Assembly: GCA_977030845.1 (NCBI GenBank)
Contig: OZ365115.1
Span: 6,324,001-6,388,000, forward strand
Source of the DNA: Fimbriosthenelais zetlandica
Lineage: Eukaryota
Length of the DNA: 64,000 bases
Direction: 5' to 3'
The translations under genes and the position numbers were made by a program. Shown in pieces: positions 46,419-58,400 of this stretch. A model generated the notes under the pieces. It did not search any database and was not told the origin of the DNA. It saw only the letters and a list, made by a program, of their open reading frames with translations. Positions within the stretch are counted from its first letter, which is position 1, and every line of letters begins with the position of its first letter.

Positions 46419-46464
46419 TGATCAGTCGTCTACTATAATGATCAGTCGTCTACTATAATGATCA
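46419..46464. repeat. 20-bp tandem repeat (TGATCAGTCGTCTACTATAA x2.3)
   Basis: Exact duplication; 12-13 bp of the unit recurs inverted at 46634-46646. Confidence 0.85.
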
Positions 46465-49400
46465 TACACTGTCCTGTACATTGTAGTAATGTATAGCTTC
46501 CCACATAGATGGCGTTAGTGTTGATTCTCTCGGCCAGACCTTCCATGGTCCCATCCTCTGTCTCATCTATCTTTCCTGTACCTAGTTGAACCCGTCCGGC
46601 CGATTATACCAGGCTACGACCGACTACACACACGACGACTGATCATAAACCAAAAGCTATAGCCCAGACTCGGACTTGCCCATTTACATAATGGATACTC
46701 GGTGCTCGGTCCGCCAGTGGCCTGCTGTATGCTGTTTTTCCTCTCATCTCCGTTCGGCGATTTGGAGTGATGGAAATGGGAAATACTCTAGTGAAAAGAG
46801 CAAGGATTTCACAGGAGCGAAGTGGCTCGTAAAGAATCGTACTATGGCATATAGGTTGTCTGGAGATGGGATATGGGATGCCAAACTGGCACACACAGGG
46901 GACTGTTTCATAAAATTTCCTCGCATTATCCAGAAAACTTACCTTTAGCTACTTTGGCAGATCTTTCTTATGAAACAGAACCCAGGCTCATTACAAGCAT
47001 TGTCTCTATTGCCGCTGAGATATAGGGTTTAAAAGTAGGCCTATGTATGTAGTAATCTGGCGTTCCATAGTAAAGGACACAGGGAACTAGGCCAATAGAT
47101 GGCCCCCGAGCTGTCCAGCCAATAACCACGGTGTCTCCCCTATTATGGCAGTCATTTATTATCTCTAAACTCTTCTCTGACTCTCATTGAGAGTGCAAAC
47201 GTCTAAATAATCCACATCTCGCCTGGTGCCTGCGTCCTTGGTCTCAGTTGGTGAATACTTGAACTAAGCTTTAGGTCGATGTTAAAGACATGAAGCGTGG
47301 CTACATTGAAAGAAAATTAATGTTGTACGGAGTAGCCTCCTAATAAAACTGATGTCCACCTCCGAATTACAGAGAGTTTTATGTAAAGAAAAGTTAGGAT
47401 TGCTCTCTATTATGTCCCACTCTTAAAGTGGCTCCCTCACCGTCCTACATGTACAGAGATCAAGATAGTCTCCACTCCAATATTTTCAATCTAGGTCATA
47501 CTGACATAGATTTCCATAAGTTCATGTGTAGGATAACGGCCCTGACAGATCGGTGAAAGTGCAGCTTTAAGTGTTTGAAACTGACTTTCCCAACTCTGGA
47601 GCGTTTTAAACGGATCCACTTTAAAACAAAAGTTAGTAATAATAAAACTATGACTAATTTTCTTTGGGGAAGGCAAACCATGCAATCTCCTTATTTCCCC
47701 ACAATCGTGAAAATAATAATAATAGCGTGAGATCTTCTCAATCGTTCTCAATGGAGGTGATAATGCTAGTTATTTAATAGTTTCTGGAAAGATCGGAGGC
47801 CGACCTGAGATAATTAATTTAGTCTAGCTCTAAGTAGGCACTTCCATGCGTGGTTAGCAATTATCATTTCCATAAAGACCAAAATTTTGCTGTGTCACTA
47901 AAAATTGCATCCATTGTGACTCAGCGCCTAATCGACCTCCAGAAGTCATCTGCCTCCACACCTTTTGTCTTTTGTTTATTTACTATTGGTCCAGGGAGTC
48001 CCAGCCACCAACCACCGCCTCCTCCCTCTTACCTCCTCACAGCTCAACCTAACCACAACAAAAAGAAGTCCTCTGTTTATTTCCGGCGAGCCACTTCCGC
48101 TTATTGCCCCTTGCTTTGCTGTGAGTCAGGCGCAGACAAGAGCAGCTCTGCTAATCACTAAAGGCAGAGGGAGCAGTAATTAACTCTTTCATCTCCTCTC
48201 TCTGCCATCATTCCTGGCGAACCCACGCCGCAGGTAGCCACTCTCCCAGCCGCCCAAGCAACCTACCTACATTCCTTGCACTTACTCATCCAGCTTTTTC
48301 TCCTTCTTTTTAACTCATAGCTTGCCCAACATGATCCATCGCTTGGTAATAAACCATTTGAAGATGATTAAACTTAATAAACCAACTAACATCTTTTAGG
48401 TCCACTATGAACTTTCATGGTGATCCGGGATGATGATTTTTGGTTGAGCATTAGAGGCTATTTAGAAATTGTGGGGTATCCCAGGACCACAGAACCTATT
48501 TTATTTTCATTTCCACAGCCACTTTGGTAGACCCAAGTCTTACCCATTTCATTAATGAATAGTACTATGGGTTTTTTTGTTCTACAAACATCACTTGTCA
48601 CTGGTGAGTGACATTTCCATTCACCATGAACAAATGACCAATTCCCTATACTACTTTGGGTAGTTTCCAGTGCTTGTCCTGGACCAACGTTTAATTCTTC
48701 TTTACATGATTAAAAAAAATATCAAAACACAAGGTCAGATGTCTCCCGCAATATAAACATAGTAAGATGTACAAGGATTTAATATAATGCACAAATGCCA
48801 GGGGAAAAACATTAGAATGCCTGGGACAAAGGATCATAACCATATACTACTTACAACTAATTATCCGCTAAAGTGACCGAACAGTACTGTTCTGCGACTT
48901 TAGATATTCCGCGACATTCAATTATAATGCCTTCCATTAATACCATTTCTTATGATTGCCTCAATAGTGATAATAATGCTATTGCAACATATTGCCTATA
49001 GCAAAAACAGTTACGTAGTATAAAATCTACATTCTCTATGTTAACGTCTGGAATTTGAAGAAAAAACAAGACATTTGGTAAATTTCTACATGACCAGGAG
49101 TTCTGGTTCATGAATAGAGTTGTAAGTGGGAATCTTATAACCTTGAAGTCTAAGGTCGAGTATTATGATGTCTTTTGCCCTCACCCTAGCACTTCCGGTT
49201 CAAGTGAGGGTGGTTCGGGGAGGGTTTCTTGTAGAGTAGCACTTGGTGGGACTGTGAGTGTTGGTTACTCTGTTACTGGGTGACTGGACTCTAGTCTCAG
49301 TGAACTACATGATTACATTTAAAACATGTAACAGTAAATGAAGGTGAAGAGGGCAAGCAGGCAGGTCAGGGCAATCAGCTGCTTACTATATGACAACGTC

Positions 49401-50789
49401 CGGGTACACACTGCAAGCTCAGGGGTTGTTGCTATGTGTTGCTATGGCTTTATTCTAATGTTCTAGGCCTATTGCAAGAGATTTCCTTGCCCTGCGAAAT
49501 TTTCTTTAAATTCTTATTCTTTCATGCTTTGACGTAAGTTTAAACATAGCTCAGCCAATTAAATACAAGTCAAAAAGTCCTGATCTAAAAAGTTAAAAAG
49601 TGAACCGCAACGGAGGCCTTTGGTGGGCTATTTTGGCCATTTTCACATTCAGCATTAAGATATTTTGGAGTAATGAGCAATGGTTGGAAATCAGAACATG
49701 GAAATTATAGTGCTGTTTTTTTTTGTGGTTTATGGTATGCAGGGATATGTAATTATTCTCACCAACGTTCACCAGGGTATGTTATTTTCGGTTTGATTGA
49801 TTAAACATGGAGCAAGTTCGAAACAATTTGACTCTGATCATGAAATTTGTTACACCATTTTACTCCGAAGAACCGAGTTAACCCCTGATTAACATTGATG
49901 TATGATCCCCACGCCCTTATAATAATATGCTAAACTTTTTTTATCCCAATCTTTGATATCCAGGGGACAATATCCCTTTGTCAATGTGTACTCGGTTAAA
50001 CTTGGTGCTTCAGGGACTGGATCATAGACGTATAGTATTCTTCTTTATAAGGATGATCAAACATATTTCCCTCATTTTTCTTCATTTTCTTGTCCATAAG
50101 ACAGCCATGTCTTTATATTCTGCAAGACGATCCGATGCCTCTTTTGAGGCATTTTAAATAATGTACTAGAAATTCTCCACGTTCGCCATATGTTAGACTC
50201 ATGGAATGTGTGCTATGTTGGAATGCATTTACCCCGCCTTATCATTAACAAAATAATTATTAAGAATGAATTATTTTATGGAGGTGTGTTTAAAAGAACT
50301 AATCTGATATCCAGGTAATGTTTTATATCCCTCTTATCACATTGTATCCATACCTTAAATACCTGGAGACCCCTGGGAGGTGTATGTAGGGGTCTAATGA
50401 TTTAATTATAAAAACACATTAATTGTTTATCGTGGACCAGAGACAGTCACTGCTTAGCACTATTGTGAAAATAGTATGTAAACTATGTTGAAAGGACTGA
50501 TGACTAATTTTACACCTATGTTATCAGAGTTAGAACTGTACAAACTGGATGAATCAATTCAGAGGTATACGTATAGACGAACCTGATAGCTTTTTGTGGG
50601 ATCTAAATATAGACGAGTACAGCTTTAATGAAGCTAAAACTAAGTCCGGTTCCACTCACAGACCAAACACTTGACCAGACGGTTTTTTTTGTGTGTGTTT
50701 TATTTATATATGTGCCATACGATATGAATGAGTTCAAATCTCTTAGACTGACGCCGCCAGGATTGAAGCAAGTAGTCCTACATGTATGC

Positions 50790-50950
50790 AACTCCCATCC
50801 ATGCATCCACCAATCTATATCTAGCCATGGTTGCAGCCATCCGTACATACACCTGTCCATTTACCAGTCCATCCATCCATCCATTCCCAGTGACTAACCC
50901 CTCCACCCTTCCATCTATCCGTCCACCCACCAACACACACACCCACCCAA
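50790..50950. repeat. (CCAT)n-like degenerate microsatellite
   Basis: ccatccatccatcc runs. Confidence 0.75.
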
Positions 50951-53184
50951 TCCACCTTTTGTCTTCATGACTTTCACTATATTTTGTAAATTTATCTTCA
51001 TAGGCAGGGGAGAGCAGTACCTGGTATATGCCCATCCTCTCCCTGTATAGATTCTCAAAGCGTTTAACCTAATTATTACACAATAATAGAGGCCGATCCC
51101 CCCAGTATAGGTTCTTCCCCTTTATGTACCATAATGCTGCCCTGCCAACTAGAGCATATAGACTATATTAAATTTGTTTACACAACTTTGGTTGATTAAT
51201 ACAAATCTTTATGAGACAACCACTGTCTTATCAGAGATAACAATATGAGAAAAATTTACATAGAAATGTATAGAGATAAAAGAAAATGTTTGTTTTTTTC
51301 CTGGATATTTTATTTTCCTGGAAAGGGATGAAATACAAACGTTTGAACCCACCCTGTGTGACCGTGATCACTGACCCATGTCATCAATTTATCTGCTTAC
51401 AAGGTGTGCTCTTATATTACGTAAATAAGACCCTATATACAGGCACCACTCCTATATACCCACCCCTTATATAGGACCGATGATTTCTAGAACGTTCCAA
51501 TGATTTTCAACTTTACAATCCATTTTCTCAAAAACTGTAGGCCATGTTTTCTTTGAGAAACAGGATTCAGTTCTATGGGTGAAAGCTATTTGCATTATAA
51601 AGTCTAAATGGATATTGGAAAAGAAGCCTAGTAAGTTATAATCTTCCGAAATAAATAATTTTCTTATCATTTTAAAATGAATCAATCAGCTGAAAAGGCC
51701 TTACATTGTGACTTTTATTGCAGGCTATGATCTTATCTTTATCGCCTGGATACAATAAAAAGACAGAATACTGGGCTAAAAATAAACTTTACTGACTGAA
51801 TCCATGGATTCAGTACAAGTGTTCCCCACTCCCCCACATGTCTCGAAAATAGACTGTGTGTATATGTTACACTTTAGTGGGTTACAAATGGTTTTTCTCT
51901 TGTATATCAACCCAGTTACATGAGTGTACCTAGTGACCCGGGGGCCGTTCCAAAAACAAGATATGCTACATTAGCCAATGTTAGGTCTAAACGATGTAGA
52001 ATAATGAAGAACCTTTTTCTTTTGACACGCCCCCAATCTTGGATATAGTCGATGCCAACTTATATAAAAAGCAGCACACCAATTAAAGGTATACATGCTG
52101 TTGGTAAGCTCCATACTGAACTAATGATGGCAAGGATTATAGTCCAATTGAAGGTAAACACTAATAGAGTGTACACTTCGTGTGAATGGTACCAATCAAT
52201 CATGAAAGGAGTTGTTCGATTTACTGCATGGGATTACGGGAACACACCCTCCCCCATGTTTAATCAATTCAAATCAAACATGGATACGAAAACTTCACTC
52301 ATATTTATAACAAGAACGCCGCCCTTATTTGTGACATTGTCATGCAGCAAGGCAGGAGATAGTTATTATTTTACGGTAAGTAGCTCCATACCTCATATAA
52401 GAAAGACATGAATGCACCTAGTGACCCCAGTAAGATATGGTTAATCCACTAAACCGCTGGTTTATATAGTCATTGAGCTAAAGCCTCGGCTCATCTTCCA
52501 TTCACTGCTGACGGTTACTTGCCTGCACACCTCTATTTTACTACCCCCAATATCCCCACCACTCTTACCTAAACTGGGATTTGTGCCTCCAGCCCAGCCC
52601 AGGAGAAGACAGGATTAAATTATAAAGAATGGGCCAAGTTTTTTTCCATTCCCAGGCAAAGGTATTGAGTGAGCTATCGGGGTAATATCCGCAAGATTGT
52701 GGGAACATATGTTAGGTATAATATTGAAAAGAAAAAAGATGAAATGGAATGGACCCGTCTGATTCACCATCCCCGTATGTTATCTTTTGAGAGATATTGC
52801 TCATTTATAAATAATTTAATCATAACATATTCTTACTATCGTTCTCCCCTTGTCTCTTTAATATACTGACTGCATGGCTCATCTTATGGCTTATCTTATC
52901 TCTTACTAGGGAATCATTCGTCACATCTATTTTTGCTCTCCCACATAGGCCTATATATATTTTTCCCTCGGGGTTGTAGTACACACGTCCATCCATATCT
53001 ATTTTAAAGCCTATACACCCTCAGCCACTTCATCGATGACCATCTGGTTCTCATCGGAGAATCATAAGTCACCATGTTGGAAATCCATAAGGTTCATCCC
53101 GCACTGAATAACCTTTTTAGCCAATAGAGGACGAGCATTCCCGTGAGCGCTGGCTGATGGATGGTTTTCCCGCGCTTTTTGCAC

Positions 53185-55492
53185 TTATCGTTTGCTTCGA
53201 TCCACGACCGACTTCTTCCCTCCTCCATGTTCATGATTTGAGTCGTTTGTCAGTTCCTGGAATCGGAGGGTGGGAGGAGATGGAGGACGTGGGTGATTCT
53301 GCCGTTGGGTGGGATTGCTTTAATCTCTTAAGTTCTTTCTCGCCCCACCCCCACCCCACTTAACCGCCCCCCGCCATGCAAAGAGTATCCACCATCAATC
53401 AAAAGTCAAAGAGTCAAAAGATATGGCCCATCATGTTCAAGAGCTAAAACCTACCATGTAGGCCACTCAAGTCATTCAGCAAAATCATTTGTCACTTTTC
53501 CTTGCAGTTTACCTTTATACAGATCTAAAATAACGTGTTATTTAAGTTTGAAAAAAGGTTCTTCTTGAGTTTTGTTGACAGTTAACCTAATATCGGCTAT
53601 TTTTACTTTCTACATTGATCACAGTTCCGAGCATTACCGATTTATTTCCTTGAACCAATACCTAGATGGCAAAGGGATTATTGAAACTTCCCAAATCAAT
53701 GGCTCCAAGCCTTAGAAGAAGTTATCAATAACTTACCTTATTTAACATCTTCAGCAGTGTCTGTATTGATGGCCTAAGATATTTTGGAACACATCTGTAT
53801 TAGGCAAAGGGAGATTCCCAAGGACATTCCCAAAATATTCCATGTATCCTCCAGTCTGCTACAGTAATTGGGGGTAGTGTTCGGGGGCTGGGGGGTGAGT
53901 GGGGGCCGCATAGTAGCTTTGATGGACACCTGAAGGTGATGGTTCAATGCTCCACCACCAGAGAGACCAAGACATATTTCCTGGCGTTCCGGGAAGTGAT
54001 TTCCAGGAACAGGGCCCATGCTTGCCTCTGATGGATTGATGGATCTTGACCTGTGGCTTGACCACTACCATAAAGTGACCACTTAACCCATTATCACCCC
54101 ATATACCGTGATCCGCTCACTGATCAAGGACCACAGGCTGGTGGTTATTCTCTGTTGTACTTGTTAACTCCATGATCCTGCGTTAAAGCTTGTATTTAGT
54201 GCAGAGAACACCAGCCTACAGCAGGTACCTAATAATTTGCCATCTATATAATATTATATAACTATTATGACAGCTTTAATACTAAGAACAGTACTGCCTA
54301 TCACTCTTGAAGTACAAATGAAAACAATTGCTTCATTTGAAGTAATTCACCTGTGTGTTTTGGAATGATTACAGGAATACTATCTATATGTATTCATTCA
54401 ATGGTTGTAGCACTATTGTGTGGTCACTCCAATTAATTAATCATTTCACTCTTTAGCAATTGAATTTACCAATAAGTTTGAAGGCAGATGATAAGAAAGG
54501 ATGCCATTCAGTCAAACAGTATTGCAGCCCAATCTGTGATAAGCGTTGGACCTTTTTTACGTCCTGGCCAAAGTATTTGTCGCATCTATGCATTTAATGC
54601 GGGTAATAGCAGGGAACTGTGCCACATTCCTCACAGCTGACTAGTCACTCTACAAGTCCTCTACAATCAGTCATTCTGTGACACTTTAGTTCCATTCATT
54701 CCCTCACTTCTCCTTTACCCTCTCCTTCTGACCTGGTTCCGTTTCCACCTTTTTCCTTATATTTGGCAGCTGTTCATCAAGTAACATATATGTTTACATT
54801 TTTTGAAGTATAAATTTCCAATTAGAAATTTGTAGTCATTATTTTTATCTTTCTTTGCTTGCCATTTGCGTACAAGTGCGACTGATAGATTCCACGAAAT
54901 GCAGATTCATAAATAGAAAATATAGTTGTTTGTCTGTTCTGGTATTGGCATCGATCCCTCCAGCAAGGCTATAAATAACCCAAAGCATACAGTATAGTAC
55001 ACTCGTTCTTCATATGTGACACAATAAAACTGCGCATTCATACACAAATACGCATATTATATATGTTCACAATTTCCCATATAAGTAATGCCATTCACTT
55101 GGCCTGACTCACTGGCCATGGATCGGACAAATAGATCTGTACATGTATCTGATCGCCATCCACTCATATATAACAGTAAAATACATATTTCATTAGGGGT
55201 ACAGTTGGTGAGTTGTGAGGTCATTAAGTACACAAACTATCCACTAGATCTCTCTGGACACCCCACTGAGTTACAGCCCCCACCCCTAGTCCTAAACACC
55301 CCTGCTTATTCACCGTTTCCGAATATTCATCATTTTCTTCATTTCCTCCTGGTCCATGTTTGTCCTCAGTGTACCCAGTGACCGTGCCAGTTTGTACTCA
55401 TCCCACCCCTCTCCGGAATTCCCCTCGTAATAGGCGACAACACCAACAACAACAATGCCCCCAATGAGACACCAATTGATGACCAAACTCAT
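53185..55492 (-). CDS. candidate secreted peptide precursor, 102 aa; complement(join(55492-55314,53794-53737,53256-53185))
   Basis: Phases chain 2-0 with good splice sites (CG|gtgaat, cctaatacag|, AAG|gtaagt, pyrimidine-rich ccgattccag|). Product MSLVINWCLIGGIVVVGVVA-YYEGNSGEGWDEYKLARSLGTLRTNMDQEEMKKMMNIRKR-CVPKYLRPSIQTLLKMLNKELTNDSNHEHGG-GKK-SVVDRSKR*. Confidence 0.55.
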
Positions 55493-58400
55493 TCCCAATT
55501 TCCACACTTGAATAAATTGGACAAGCTATGACTGTTGTCGTTATCGTCCTTTGTTGATGATGCAGTTTTTTGTTTATTTTTTTCTGAAGCAGGCGATTTC
55601 TGACTTTTCAAGTTTTTCTCCCAACAGTTTTGTGACTTCAAAGCTGGTCATATCTGATGTACTCGTTTGAACCCCGATGAAAGTTATCCGCTGCTTATAG
55701 CCTGTCACACAGACCTAAGCCATGGGTATTAAGGTCCTCTTTATAAACTAATTATTATTCATTACTTTCAACATCTATCCAAACTAACTGATACTGAGAC
55801 ATAGTCGGCAGAATTTACATTGTAAAATATGCCATTCCTATTTTTCCAACTGTCTCAATTGAAGTTTGTGCTCCAGTACACGTATTTATCTTTTATCTCT
55901 ATTCATTCTCGCCTCACTCTTTCGACCAAATGCAAAATTTTCAAATCCTCTCCTTAAAAGATTTAACATCATTAGGACAATGTAACGAAGCCTTATATCA
56001 TATACTTAAGACCACCCGAAGTTTTCAGAGAATTTTCATGAAAAGTGCACTTCATTTCAGTGTGAGCCATGTTGCCTTCATTGAGTGCAGTCTCCAGTGC
56101 TTACTCTACATGAGATAAGATGGAAATAAAGGCAAGAAGATGGCTTCATGGTTAACATTAAAGAGGGGAGATAACATGGTAGTTAATCCAATGATTACCC
56201 TCTTAACTCTGATCACTGAGACTGGTTTTACGATGACTTCAATTTACGGTGACCTGTAGGCTGCCAGAGTACAGCACTAGGAGCCGTGATTCACAGTTTA
56301 CTGGGAACTCTGATGGTTGTGTGCTATAGGTAGTATTAGAGCTTTTTAGTGGATTATATATACACTGGAGGGCTGAAACCCGGTCATCTGTCTCTCTATC
56401 CAGACTAGAGGGGATGCTGCTGAGAAATATTATACTATGGGAAATAATTCCCTGAATACTTTTATATATAATTTTATTTCCATGTTAGTTTATGTAAAGA
56501 GACTGCACTCAGACAAGGGAATGTGGTTCACCGTGGAATTGATAATCATTATTTTCCCAGAGATCAAACAAAACTTAATCAGCAATTAAATTCTTAAATA
56601 TAGTCCTGATTCACCTGATAAATCATAGTGGAGATAATATGACAAGAACCTGGCTTATTTATCCAGGTTGTAGGTTTATTCAGTTGTAGATAAATCTGGG
56701 AAGAGACTTCGCAAAAGGAGAGTGAATACCTTGTGTTTTTATGATATTGGTTTCAATGGCAGTCCCCTCCTCTAATATACCAATTCCCATGTGATTGTAT
56801 AACCTTGCACTCCACAGCTGGTATGGCACCTCTAAGAAGTGAAAAGTGGCTTTTTACATGTTTTGCTGAAAAGCTACGCCGAGAGATTTCACGGTCAGTG
56901 ATTGGCGAGAGGAGTTTGTGAAGGCTTGGATTGTGTAAGACGAACCATCCCTCGTCTTAAAGCTGTTTTTCTCTATTTCTGCCCCCATTTGAAATCCATT
57001 CAGTTTTTATCACTGTTTTTACCTGGATTCGAACAGTTTGCTCTCTGTATCTGCTTTTATCAACAATGAATCTGCCTTTCATGCCTATCCTTGAAGTTTT
57101 AAATATCTAATAGCTATATAACCAGTACAAATAATGTTTTTTCCCTGATAAACAACCTTAGACATGAAAATGCTTTGCTGTTGATTGAATGATTAATCCT
57201 TTTGGGTTCACTGAATAAGATCAATGAAAAACATGAATCGAACTCCAAATTCCAGGTGGCAGAAACTCCAGATAGTCTTACACACTCGTACCCAAGATCC
57301 TGGTCTAAACAAATTTTATGCTTTCAACCTAAAACTTTTGTGGATCTTTTTAGAAACGCTCCCAAAATACATTTTACCCACTGGGGATATTGCATAAAGA
57401 AATATATACTCCATGACTCGAAATGTTTTAATGAAAATTAAAAATATTAGGACATTTTGTGGGGTACAATGTATATGACCTTGGAAGGTCATCTGATGGA
57501 TGAATATCTAAAAATATTTCTTGGAATTGATTTTCCTAAACGTTAATGTGAATGACCTGTATATTTTGACTGAAGTTAGTAGCAAAACATATAAATGAAT
57601 TAAGACATGATTATATCTGTACGCCCCTGTGTAAGCATCCAGTCATATATTGGCAACGAAAGGTAATAATTTCAAATGGGATCATTGCCCTGGCAACGTA
57701 ATTAACATCCATGCAACCAACTCTTGGTCATTGAACTGAGAGAAACCTAACTGTTTGCCTACTATACTAGCGGGAGAACCTGTGTGTAGTGGATTTATTG
57801 TGTCTGACCCAGCTTTTGTGGATGTATACATGCTATATACCACAGCTGGTAGGTATGTAGTACACTGGGCCTATCAGCTGTTCACTCTACACCCTCTCCC
57901 TCTATCCTCCAAACCACACACACAATAACCAACATCTCATTTTCCCCTCTCCAACTACCAGGGGTCTTAAACAAACACCTGATTGTTCTTTTGTTTTGAT
58001 TTATTTTAAACAGAGAAGGAAAAAAATAACACTTTGTGGTGCAGAATTTATTACAGCTGATCTTTATGATTGTGGTCATGTACTTGACTTGACTTGGAGC
58101 AATATTTTTTCAGTATGAGGCCTTAATAAATTAGTTTCCTAACCAGTAATTAATCACCTTTTAAAAACTGCAGATTAATGTCTTTAGTTCTATAGTTGAT
58201 GAATGGAACCACTGGTAGAAGCCAAATATATAAATTTGATCAGAACATAAATCATTTTCCGAGCAAACAGGCTCAGACTATACAAGTGTAGATAGAGATA
58301 AATTAGGGTAAGGCTGGTGCAGCAATCATTGTGAGGTTTGTGGTCAGTTAAGTCATAAATTACGCTATATTGATACTTATACATTAGATCCCATAGATTC

